This document shows positions 11,462-23,448 of a stretch of 64,000 nt of DNA, piece after piece; the stretch's first letter is position 1; every line of letters starts with the position of its first letter. The stretch is from Anaeramoeba ignava BMAN (Eukaryota > Protista > Anaeramoebae), in contig JAPDFW010000061.1 of the NCBI GenBank assembly GCA_028826165.1, forward strand, positions 1-64,000, in the 5' to 3' direction. The notes under the pieces were generated by a model, which saw only the letters and a list, made by a program, of their open reading frames with translations, made no database searches and had not been told where the DNA came from. Position numbers and translations under genes: made by a program.

Positions 11462-13326
11462 ATGAATGAAATTTTATTTTTTGGAAGAAATAAATATCCA
11501 AAACTTATCAAAAATGAACCAAATTTAATAACAAAACCAATTCAATTTAAATTTGAAAATGAAAATGAAAATGAAAATGAAAATGAAAATGAAAATGAAA
11601 AACAAATTAAACAAATTTCAACAGGTCATTTTGCAACAATTTTCCTTTTTGAAAATGGAAAAGCAATAGAATATTTAAAATATTCAAAACAAAATCCTCA
11701 AAAAATCCAAATTGAAGAAAATATTCAAAAAGTAACTGTTGGTGTTGAAAATGAAGCTATTTTAACAATAGAAGGAAATGTATTTGCTAAAGGAGAATAT
11801 ATTAATCCAAAAAATTCAAATCAATTTATCAATATTTCATCATTAATTGAAGATACAAAATGATAGAATAATTCAAGATATTGTTTCTGGATCTAGTTCA
11901 ATTTATTTATTAACTTCAAATCAAAATGCTTATGGAATTGGTTCAAACGAATATGGTCAACTTGGTTTTGATTCTGAAACACTTCCAAAAACAGAAAAAC
12001 CAGTTTTGATGATGAAAAATGTTTCTAAAATATTTTCAGGAATTTCTTCATTTTATGTTTTTCTTTTAAATTCAAATCAAGAATTATTTGGATGTGGTGA
12101 TAATCGAGTTGGTGAACTTGGATTAGGAGAATCAAGAAAAGAATACTATATCACAGAATTAACCAAAATCCAAAATATTCCAAAAGGCAAAATAATTGAT
12201 ATTCAATGTGGATATTTACATTCAATAATGTTGATTGAAAATGAAAATGAAAATGAAAATGAAAATACAAATGAAAATACAAATCAAAAATCGAAAATAC
12301 AAATGAAAATCAAAATCAAAATCAAAATCAAAATCCAAAAAGAAAACTTTATTCATGTGGAAATTATAAATTTAATGGACTTGTTAAAAATAAGGGTATT
12401 TATGAATTTACTGAAATCAAATCATCTTTATTTAAAAATGATGATAATATTCTTGATTTTTCTGTTGGATATGATCATACTTTGATTTTAACATCCAATT
12501 CAAAATTAATAGGATTTGGAGGTAATCTGTATGGAGAATTAGGAAATGGAGATACAAATGACCAATATATTCCAATTCAAATTGAAATTCCTAAATTAAG
12601 ATTTAATGATAATATTTCCAATTATCATATTTCTTGTGGATATAATAATTCATTTCTTTATTATTCTCTTCCTCCTTCTTTTCCAATCTTGAAGAAGATT
12701 TGATAAAACTATTTGAAAGAAAAGAATTTTGCAATATTTCATTTAAAACCAAAAATGGAGAAATAATTAAAGCTCATAAATTAATATTGAAATATAGATT
12801 AAATCAAAATCAAAATCAAATTGAAAAACTTAAAGAAATTATTTCAAAAAAATCAATTAAAGAATCTAATCAAATATTTGAAATGATTTATTCAAACAAA
12901 ATAATAAATCCAAAATTATATTCAGAAATTAAAGAAATTATAAATTCAAATGAAAAAATTGAAGAAACAATGAAAAGAATTTATTTAAATGAAAATGAAA
13001 ATGAAAAAGATTTTATAATTGAAAGAAAAGAAAAACAATATAAATTTCCTAAATTAATATTAATAATGAGAAGTGAATTATATCGAGGAATGTTTTTATC
13101 TGTAACAAATGATACTTCAAATAAAGTTACAGATTATAGTGAATTAAGTAATGAATCATTTCAAATATTTGAATATTGGATTTATTCAAATCAAATTAAA
13201 GATGAAATTCAAATTACAAAAGAAATCATTGATGAAATTCAAATTGGAATTGATTATTTTCAATTAAATCAAACAAATCCAAATTTATTTGATTTATTAA
13301 TTAAAAAATTTAATATTCAAAATTAA
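11462..13326 (+). pseudogene. RCC1-BTB copy D, three frameshifts (~11857, ~12290, ~12680)
   Basis: Four ORF pieces colinear with copy A. The indels lie in A/T runs and in the EN/NQ microsatellite. Confidence 0.75.
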
Positions 13327-13523
13327 AATTAAAATTAGAATTAAAATTCAAATCAAAATTAAAATTAAAATTAAAATTATTTATAAAATTAAAATTAAAA
13401 TCAAAATTAAAATTAAAATTAAAATTAAAATCAAAATTAAAATTAAAATTAGAATTAAAATTCAAATCAAAATTAAAATTAAAATTAAAATTAAAATTAA
13501 AAAATTCAAAAATAGTTTATTTT

Positions 13524-16500
13524 TCATTTCTCTTTTTTTTTATATTTATCTTTTCGTTCTTCTTTTCTTTTTGGATCTAAATAATCAATTGTATCATTTA
13601 TTTTCTCATGAATTTTTTTGAGACCTTGTTTTGAAAAATTACCAATTTTTTTAAGAAAATAATTTTTATGGTTTTTTGATTGAGAAGAATTTTTAGGATC
13701 ATTTCGAACAATTTGGAAACCTTCATCAATTTCTTGAATAATTCCATCCATTTCATGATCTTGTTGTTGATTTTCAGAAATTGAATCTCCACTTATCATA
13801 TCAATTGTAGTTTCTGAAGTGTTTATAATTGCTTTTCCTGAACGAAGTCCTTCAATCAAAATTACTTTAGTAAGTGAATTGATTCCATCCCAAACTCCTG
13901 ATAAAACACTTCCTCCTGAATTGTATGAATCGATTGGTTTTGTGATTAGTTCTTTCATTCCTTTCCCAATGTTTTTGAATGAATTTAAACCAGGAAGTGA
14001 GCCTGCGATTGATAGAATTTGTTTTTTAGTCATTATCGCTTTCAAATAATAATTTTGGAAAGTTTCCATAACTTGATCAAATCCATTTTTCTATTTCAAA
14101 TATTATTTTTTTAAAATTTTTAATTTTTAATTTGATTTGATTTAATCATTTCATGTTTTTGGAAATTTTTTAAATTTTTTTTTTCTTAAGTTTTACACCA
14201 ATCATCTTTAATTTTGGCATTTGTAAATGTATTCGATCAATCTTTGCATGCAAACTTTTTGGAAGAGGATAAGTAATACTAATCTCAAATTCCAGAAATC
14301 CAATCAAAATTTTTTCTTGAAGGAAATTAATTTTAATTTTTTTTTTTTGGAATAAATTTAATAAAAACAAGAATAACTTACGAAAAAAAGGAGGAGGAAT
14401 TTTCACAGTTTCTAATGTTCTTTTGTAAAAAGGAGGGAAATAAGAAAAGAAACGGGAAAGAAAGTACAAAGTGCGAATATCCAAATTAATTCTTAAAGGA
14501 GAAATAACAGCATCCAAAAGAAGTTCATCAGTTCCTTTTATAAGTTTTTCGGTGTCAAATAAAGGATCAATAATTTCAAAAAAAATGTGAGCCATTGGTT
14601 TAAGTACATCTTTTGGTTTTTTGTGTTTTGACATATAAGAAAGAATATTCAAATAGACACTTGAGGAAACATGATCTTGAATCAAGACTTTTCCAATTAC
14701 AGCATCAAGAATAACTTTTCTTAGTGGTTTTTTTTGAAACAAAAGTAAGTTTATTGTTGTATTTTCTATCATAATTTCGATATAATCTTCACGATTAGTT
14801 TTTTCTTGATTTTCTTCAATTTTTATATTTTCATTCATTACTTTTTCTTCTCTTTTTGTTTCCACTTTGAAGATGTTTTCATTTGCTTCCAAATTATTCA
14901 TCTCAATGTTTTTTTGTGATTGATTTAAATCCGAAATATAATTTTTTTCCAACTCAATTTGTGTTTCAATTTCCTCCAAATTTTCTTTTTCAATTTTGAT
15001 TATTTTTTCTAATGGGAAATCCAATCCATCAAAAATTTTCAAATTTGCTGATAATTTTTCAAAACGGATCACAATATTTGCTTTCAAAACCAAAAACTTT
15101 AATTGTAAATATTCCTGGTGATCTCTTTTGTTTTGACTTATTCTTCTTTTTTCATTTTCTTCTATCATTTTCTTCTTTTTTTCATTCATCCAATTTTGGG
15201 GATGATTCAAATATTCAGAATCCTGAATCGTTATTTCTTTTCGGGATAAAGAATTTTCCCATTTCACTGAGAACTTTTCGTTTTTTTGTGTTTTGATTTC
15301 TGCACTTTTTATTAATTTAATTGAATCATTGATCAGATTTCTTGAATTATCCATTTCATAAAATGAAGATATGTTTGGAAACAAATTTCCTTTTTGAGAA
15401 GATTTTGGATTTTCGTTTTGATTTGAATTTTTGACAAAATTTGGAATTGAAATGATTTGTTCGTGAAATTCAGGAATTTCTTTGCGATATTTTTCTGGGA
15501 TATCTAATAAATAATTAATATGATTAATAATATCCAAAAAAGCAAAAAATGAATCACATCGAAATTTTGCATGTAAATCATTGTTATTAATAGAAATTAT
15601 TATTTGATTTTGATTTTGATTTTGATTTGAATTTTGATTTTGATTTTGATTTTCATTTGAATTTTGTGATTTAATCTCAATTTGACTAAATAAATGTTTC
15701 CCATGTATTATTTCCACAAAATATGGTTTTATTCCTTTAGTTTTCTCTGACCAATGATTTTGATAGTCTGTTAATTTGACACTTAAATTAGATACTTTCA
15801 AATTCATTAATGAATTGAGAGAAGAACTTGTTTTTTGTTGAATCAGTGAAATTTCTCGAACTGAAATAACTAATGCTGCAGGAAGTGTTATTGGGAAATA
15901 TTCAACAACAAAATTTTTTTGAAAAATATTTAGATGCATGATTTTTTGATTTGTAGTTTTCATTTCAATTTTGGATTCTTTTTTTTCTGAGATTGATTGT
16001 TGAGTAAATGAAGGGATCATGTAACTCAATCTTGTTATTATGTCTGTTGATACAACATGAGAGTATTTGATATTCTGCATTTTAAGTTCAATTATTGTTT
16101 CTGAAATGATATTTGTGTTTGTTAATAGATTTAGACTTTCGTTTTGAATGAAAAGGAAAGATAAAATTGGTTTTTTTGAATTTGAATGTGAAATTCTTTT
16201 TGATAGAATTTTGGATGTAATCATTTTTTCTGGATTCCAACAATCATTATAAACATCAATCAATGAAAAATCATCACATTTCAAATAGATATACATACAA
16301 TTTTCATTATAAATATTTGGTATAAAAATGAAATTAATTTTATCAATAGAAAACTTGAATGAATGATTTGCAGGAATTAGCACATTTGGAATTTGTTCAT
16401 TTTCATATTGCTCAATAGAAATGAGTATTTTTGTAATATTGATTTCCATTTCAAAAGGTGTTTCTTGTAATGTTATTATTTTTTCTTTCTGGTTTTGTTC

Positions 16501-19326
16501 TATTAAATTTTTTGTTTCTTCCATTTTTTGTATTTTTTTTGTAATTTCCAAACTAAAAAGAAATAAATTATTAATCAATTCGTGTGTGAGATTGAAATTT
16601 ATCTTTTCAATATTAACTGAGAGCTTTTGTTTTGGTAATTCAGAAAGTTTTTCATGGAAGTTAGAAATTTGATTGATATTATTAAACGGTAAAAATGGAT
16701 ATTTTCCAATATAATTATTATTTTCAATTTGAACAAAATTGGCTTCATTGAATTCAAAATTTGTGGAGCGATCTAGTTTCATTTCCAAAAAGGGATTTGA
16801 ATTTTCTAAAGAGTTTAAAATCTGAAAGAATGCTTCAGGAAAATCTTTTTTGTTGGGATTATCATTTTGTGATTTAAGTATTGTATCTAATTCCTTAAAA
16901 TCAATAATTATATTTTTTGAAATGTCTTCTGATGCAATTCTGAATTTTGTCAGATTTATTATTAACTCCATATCAATTGAATTAATTGCAAATGAAAATG
17001 AAATATCAAAGATATTTGAATTAAAGGAAGTTATTTGAGCATTTTTTTCTTCTGATTGTATTTTTGATTTTGATTTTGATTTTGGAATATTATCAATTTT
17101 CAAGGTGTTATAAAACTCATAAAAACGAATTAGAGTTTCTAAATCAATCATTGTAATAATATTTTTTGTTGTAAATTCCAATTTTCTTTTTTTGTTGGTT
17201 TCGTCCATATGAATTTCAATATCTTTAGAGAAATTTTTTGGATCGTTTGCAAAATGTAATATAGTATTAACATTTGTTTTTTGGTTTTCTTTATCCATAA
17301 CAAATTCTTGGAGAGAGAAATTAGTAATATTAAATTTGAGAATTGATTCTTGTGATTTTTCGAATGTTAAGAGAAAATCAAGCATTTGAATTTGCAAAAA
17401 AGATTGAGTATTTTCAGGTAAATTCTAATTATAATTAAAAATAATAAATTAATTTAATTTAATATTTAATATTTAATTTAATATTTAATTTTGTAATAGC
17501 AAACATTCTCAAGAAATAAATTCTCTTTCCCAGAATCCTGATAAAATAATCTTAGAGTACATTTTTTAATACTAAATTCAAATAAAGATTCAATTTTCTT
17601 CTTTTTGTTTAAATCATAAATTGATTCCATTAATTTTTCCTTTTTTTCCATTTCTGGTTGATGGAGATCTGAAAAAGTATTTTTGAAATGAACAAATGAT
17701 TTAGAAAGTTCTTTTATGGTTTGTTTTTGTTCTTTGATTTGATCTTTGACAATAATTTGATTTATTTTTTGAGCTACTTTTTTATTTTCTATTTTTTCAG
17801 TTAAAACAACAGATTCTGTAAAGCTTTTAAACATTTCATCATCAATATCATCATCAATATCAATATCATTATCATTAATATCATTATCAAAATCATTATC
17901 AAAATCATTAAAATTATGATTTTCTTTATTATTTTCATATTTATGATTTTCTGCTATTTCTTGTCTTGTATTTAATAACTTCAAAAAACAATTTAATTGA
18001 ACAGGATCAGTTTTTAATTCAATTTCTCCAAGTTTTATTTGAAAATGATTTGGAAGTTTTTCTGTTTCTTTGTTTTGTTTTTTCATCTGTTCAATTTGGG
18101 ATGGATTTCTTTGATCTTGAATAATTTGAATTTGGATTTCTTTTTCATTTGTAAATAAGATGGATTTCTTTTTATTTTCATTATCATTATTAGAAAATTC
18201 CGAAGAAATCTGAATGAAGAAATGAATAAGAAAAATGAATAAATAAATAAATGAATTCAAGAAATAAATAAATTTGTTACTTTTAAATGATTTATTGTGA
18301 TATTTTTGGAAAGTGAGTTTTTAATTAATAATAAATCTGAATTTTCATAAGATTGACTAGAATTATTTTCATCGAATTCTGAAACAAGAATAAATTCATC
18401 ATCATCATCTTCGTCTTCATCATCAATATCACTCATACTATTTGAATCATTTGAATCATTTAAATCATTTAAATCAATAAAATTCTTCATATCATTAGAA
18501 TTATCAATATTTTTTTTATCTTTTAATTTTAATGATGAAAATATTTCAGATGAAATTTTTGATTGTTTAAAAGATATTTTATCAAGTTCAATTTTGTAAG
18601 TAGCATTATTTTCTTCAGGAATTTCGAGAATAAGAATCACATTTGTAATATTTATTTCGAGATTATTTAAAATATTCTCGATTGCTTTCTTAATTATTCC
18701 TTGGTTTTCTTCTTGTGGAATTTCTACTTTTTTCACTTCTTCTTTTGGAATTGTTTCAGATGCTTTTTGTTTATATATTTTTTTTTCTTCATATATTAAT
18801 TGTTTTTTTTTTTTGGATCTTAATTTAATATTAAATAATTTTTACATGTAAATTGTTTAATGAATTGACATTTTATAACTATATTATTAATTTCTACTAA
18901 ACAAGAAGAAAGAGAGTAAGGAATTGAAACTTGAAGCATTTGAATTGATCCAGAAACGAATTTGAAAGGTAAATCAAAATCATTTAAATGTTGGTTGATT
19001 TTCTTTTTTTTTTAATTTATTAATTAATTAATTTATTTATATTTATTTATTAATTTATTAATTTATTAAATTATTTATTTATTAATTTATTAATTTATTT
19101 ATATTTATTTATTTCAACAGCGAATAGATATTTTGTTTACAATTGGAGAAAAAAGAAGTTTTTCCAATTTAACACTTATATTTTTAGTTCCTAAACTTGG
19201 GGAACAATTTTCTGCATTAAATCCAGATAAAACATATTCTCCCAAAACTTTAGAAAGAATATAAGCTATAATTCGATTTGGAGATTTTAAAATTTTATTA
19301 TTAACAAAATTCTTTAAATGTTGCAT
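13524..19326 (-). CDS. ATG2: Autophagy lipid-transfer protein ATG2-like, 7 exons
   Basis: Manual GT-AG splicing keeps frame. Chorein-N-like start (IIAYILSKVLGEYV), KIFDGLDF, PLRINLDIRTLYFLSRFF, and C-terminal NIGKGMKELITKPIDSY..G and LDPKRKEERKDKYK match remembered ATG2 motifs. Confidence 0.8.
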
Positions 19327-19560
19327 AAAAAGAATAAAAAAAAAAGAATAAAAATAAAAAGAAAAAGAAAAAGGAAAAAAATGAAAATTAAAAAACGGAA
19401 AAATTATTTTATTTTTCTCCTTTTGTTTTTTTAATTTTTTAATTTTTCATTTTTCATTTTTCCTTTTTCTTTTTTTTGCTTTTATTTTCTTTTTTTTTTT
19501 CCACAATTTTTTAATTACTTTCTCTTTTTGTTTAGTCATTTCTTTTTGTTGTAATTTCTT
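19327..19560. promoter_or_regulatory. Putative bidirectional promoter ATG2/Pumilio with outward-facing T-tract TCA(T) initiator-like motifs
   Basis: Divergent ATGs about 234 bp apart. AAAATGAAAA at ~19378-19388, TTTTTCATTTTTCATTTT at ~19443-19461, AAAACGGAAAA between them. Confidence 0.5.
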
Positions 19561-22500
19561 ATGGAAACTGTACAAAATTTTCAATTTATTCTCACTAAAG
19601 AAGAATCACAACTTTTATTTCAAGTCGAAAATCAAACAAGAAAAATTGTTCCTTCACGTTCTAAAAGTTCACCACCTGCTTTATTTGAAAAAGTATTTTT
19701 ACTTCTTTCTTTTTTTTAAACAATTTTGATCATTTAAAAAAAAAAAAAAAAGAAAAATTATCATTTTTGATATTCCAATAAAAAATTTGTTTCAAAATTA
19801 AAATTACAATTCATTTATAATATTAATATTAAAATTACAATTCATTTATAAAATTAAAATTACAATTAAAATTAAAATTAAAATTACAATTAAAATTAAA
19901 ATTAATATTAAAATTATTTATAATATTAAAATTAAAATTAAATTTAAAATTAAAATTAAAATTAATATTAATATTAAAATTAAAAATAAAATTTAAATTT
20001 AAAATTACAATTAAATTTAAAATAAAATTCATTTATAATATCAAAATTAATATTAAAATTAAAATTACAATTTAAAATTAAATTAAAATTTATAAAATTA
20101 AAATTACTATTAAAATTAAAATTAAAATTAAAATTAAAATTAAAATTACAATCAAAATTAAAATTAAAATTACAATTAAAATTCATATTAAAATTAAAAT
20201 TACAATTCATTTATAATATTAAAATTAAAATTAAAATTTAAAATTAAAAATTAAAATTAAAATTAAAATTAAATATTAATATTAATATTAAAATTCATTT
20301 ATAATATCAAAATTAAAATTAAAATTAAAAAATTAAAATTAAAATTAAAATTAAAATTAAAATTAAAAATTAAAATTAAAAATTAAAATTCTACAATATC
20401 AAAAATTAAAATTAAAAATTAAAATTAAAATTAAAATTAAAATTAAAATTAAAATTAAAATTAATATTAAAATTAAAATTAAAATTAAAATTAATATTAA
20501 AATTAAAATTAAAAATTAAAATTAAAATTAAAAATTAAAATTAAAATTAAAATTAATATTAAAATTAATATTAAAATTAAAATTAAAATTAATATTAAAA
20601 TTAAAATTACAATTCATTTATAATATTAAAATTAAAATTAAAATTAAAATTAAAATTAAAATTAATATTAAAATTAAAATTAAAATTAAAATTAAAATTA
20701 CAATTCATTTATAAAATTAAAATTAAAATAAAATTAAAATTAATATTACAATTCATTTATAAAATTAAAATTACAATTCATTTATAAAATTAAAATTAAA
20801 ATTAAAATTAAAATTAATTTCTTCACATTTTTTTAGAGAGAACTTCTAACTCCTTCAAAATCTATACAGGATTTATATAATCCTTTATATATTAATTTTT
20901 ATTATTCTAAATTTCCAAATCCAAGATATTTACCTCCTTTAAATCCTCATTTTTATCGAATGGGAGAAAATCATTGTAATTATTTATTTTATTATTTAAA
21001 AAATTGAATAAATTTTTTTTTTGATAATTTCCTTTTACAAAAAAAAATGCTCATTAATAAATAATTATTTTTTATTATAAATTTTTAGTTTCTCAAATTT
21101 GTAAATCACTTATTAAATTTTCTAAAAATTATAAAATTGAAGAAAAAAGTAATGAAAATGAATCAAGTGAAAATGAATCAAGTGAAAATGAATCAAGTGA
21201 AAATGAATTAAATGAAAATGAATTAAATGAAAATCAATTAAATGAAAATGAATTAAATGAATTAAATGAATTAAATGAAAATCAATTAAATGAAAATCAA
21301 TTAAATGAAAATGAATTAAATGAAAATGAATTAAATGAATTAAATGAATTAAATGAATTAAATGAATTAAATGAAAATGAATTAAATGAAAATGAATTAA
21401 ATGAAAATCAAGTACAAATTGAACAAATTAAAGAAAATGAAAATTTATTTATTGGGAATCAAGAAACTGATCCAAATTTAATCATTGGAAATGGAAACCA
21501 AAATCCAAACATACAGTTCGATTATTCAACTAATGCATACCAATATCCATATTTAAATGATCATGATCCAAACTCAATGAATTTCAATACACAATTTCCA
21601 ATTGATTATCCTTCTCAAATAAATGGATTTCCTGATTCTCAATATTTAACAGAAAATCCTTTATATGATTTTCCTTTTTCACCAAATGGAATGACACCAA
21701 ATCAATTACCCAATTTAACACAACCAATGAATTTTGTAAATCCAGCGAATTTTATGCCAAATAATCCTCAATTTCAAAATCCTATTTTCCCACTTCCAAA
21801 TTTAGAAAAATTAAATGAACTTCTAAAAAATCTTGAAAGTACAAATGATTCCAATCAAAATTCAATTGTGGAGGAAATGATTTTATTATTAAAGGACAAT
21901 GTTTCTCGTTATGCAAATGATCGTCAAGGAACTTATATTTTACAACAACTTGTTACTAAATGTACTGAAGAACAATTTGAAACTATTTTCCAAGAAGTTT
22001 CTTCAGATCTTAGTCAACTTTTAGTTCAACAATTTGGGAAATTTTTTATTTCCCAGTGTCTTTCTTATTTTCCTCAACAAGTTAATCAAGCTTTTCCTAA
22101 TTTTCATGAAGAAATTTTGAAGTTATCAGAAAATCAACAAGGATGCAGAATTATTCAAGAATTATTTAAAAATCAAAAGATTATTTTACAATTTGTAATT
22201 ATGAATTTTAATTTTAATATTTATTTTAATATTTTAATATTTATTTTAATATTTATTTTAATATTTATTTTAAATTTTAATATTTATTTTATTTAAATTT
22301 AATTAGCCTCAATCAGTTAATATTTTAATAGAACGAATTGAAACATTAATTTCTAATACTTATGGAAATTATGTTATTCAAAGAATTGTTGAAAAAGGAT
22401 CTCCAGAACATCGTAATAAAATTATTGATCATGTATCTCAAAACATAAAGGAATATAGTAAAAATAAATGTGCTTCTCATGTTGTTGAAAAATGTATTGA

Positions 22501-23061
22501 ATTTGGAAATCAAAAACAACTTGAAGATATATTCAATTCACTTTATAAAACTGAGTAAATTATAATTTTAATTTTAATTTTAAATTTTAATTTTAATTTT
22601 AATTTTATATTTAATTTTAATTTTAATTGAATTTTAATTTTAATTTTAATTTTAATTTTAATTTTATATTTAATTTTAATTTTTAATTTTAATTTTAATT
22701 TTATAAATGAATTTTAATTTTTAATTTAAAAAGTGATATTAGAGATCTTATTACAGATCAATATGGTAATTATGTTGTTCAAAAATTAGCAACAAGATTA
22801 GAAGGAGATCATTTTGATTTACTTAAACAAATTTTTCAAAATAACATTAATGAATTTTCAAAGAATCGATTTGCAAAACATATAATAAAAGTGATGTATG
22901 AAAAAAAAAATCCAAAATCATTTGAAAACACAATTGAAAAACCAAATGAAAATCTAAATGGAATCAAAATTATTCCAAAAAAAGAAAATTTAAATGATAA
23001 TAGAAATGATAATAGAAATGATAACAGAAATGATAAAAGAATTGAAAAAAGAACAAATTAA
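19561..23061 (+). CDS. Pumilio/PUF RNA-binding protein, 5 exons (19561-19692, 20837-20975, 21089-22194, 22307-22554, 22734-23061)
   Basis: In-frame splicing. PUF repeats GCRIIQE, YGNYVIQR, ASHVVEK, DQYGNYVVQK. N-terminal RSKSSPP and FYYS..PNPRYLPPL resemble plant APUM N-terminal motifs. Confidence 0.9.
19795..20820. repeat. Intronic (AAAATT)n satellite with TTACAATTCATTTAT variants
   Basis: Fills Pumilio intron 1. Confidence 0.9.
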
Positions 23062-23448
23062 TTTAAAAAAATTTTTTCCGATTTTAATTTTTCATTTTCA
23101 ATTTTAATTTTCATTTTAATTTTCAATTTTCAATTTTCAATTAATTTCTATTTGGATTAAATTTAAAAATTCAATTTAAAAAATAAAATCATTTTTCCAA
23201 AAATTAAAATTAAAAAAAAATAAAATAAAAAGAATTTTTTTGATTTGAAAATTTGTTTTAATGAATTGAGTAAAAAATTTTAATTCTGATTTTTTTTTTT
23301 GAGTTGAATTTTGTGTTCTTCAAATCAAAAGAAAACAACTTGATTTTTTGTTTGAATTTTTCAAAGAAAGAAAATTGAAGAAAAAAAAAAGTAAAACGAA
23401 CCAAAAAAAAAAAAAAGTGAAAAGTAAAAAAAAAACGGTAAAAGTAAT

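Noticed and set aside
239-13326. Diversity-generating retroelement as the source of RCC1 variation
   Set aside because: No reverse transcriptase or template repeat in the window, and the changes are not evidently adenine-restricted or confined to one variable region.
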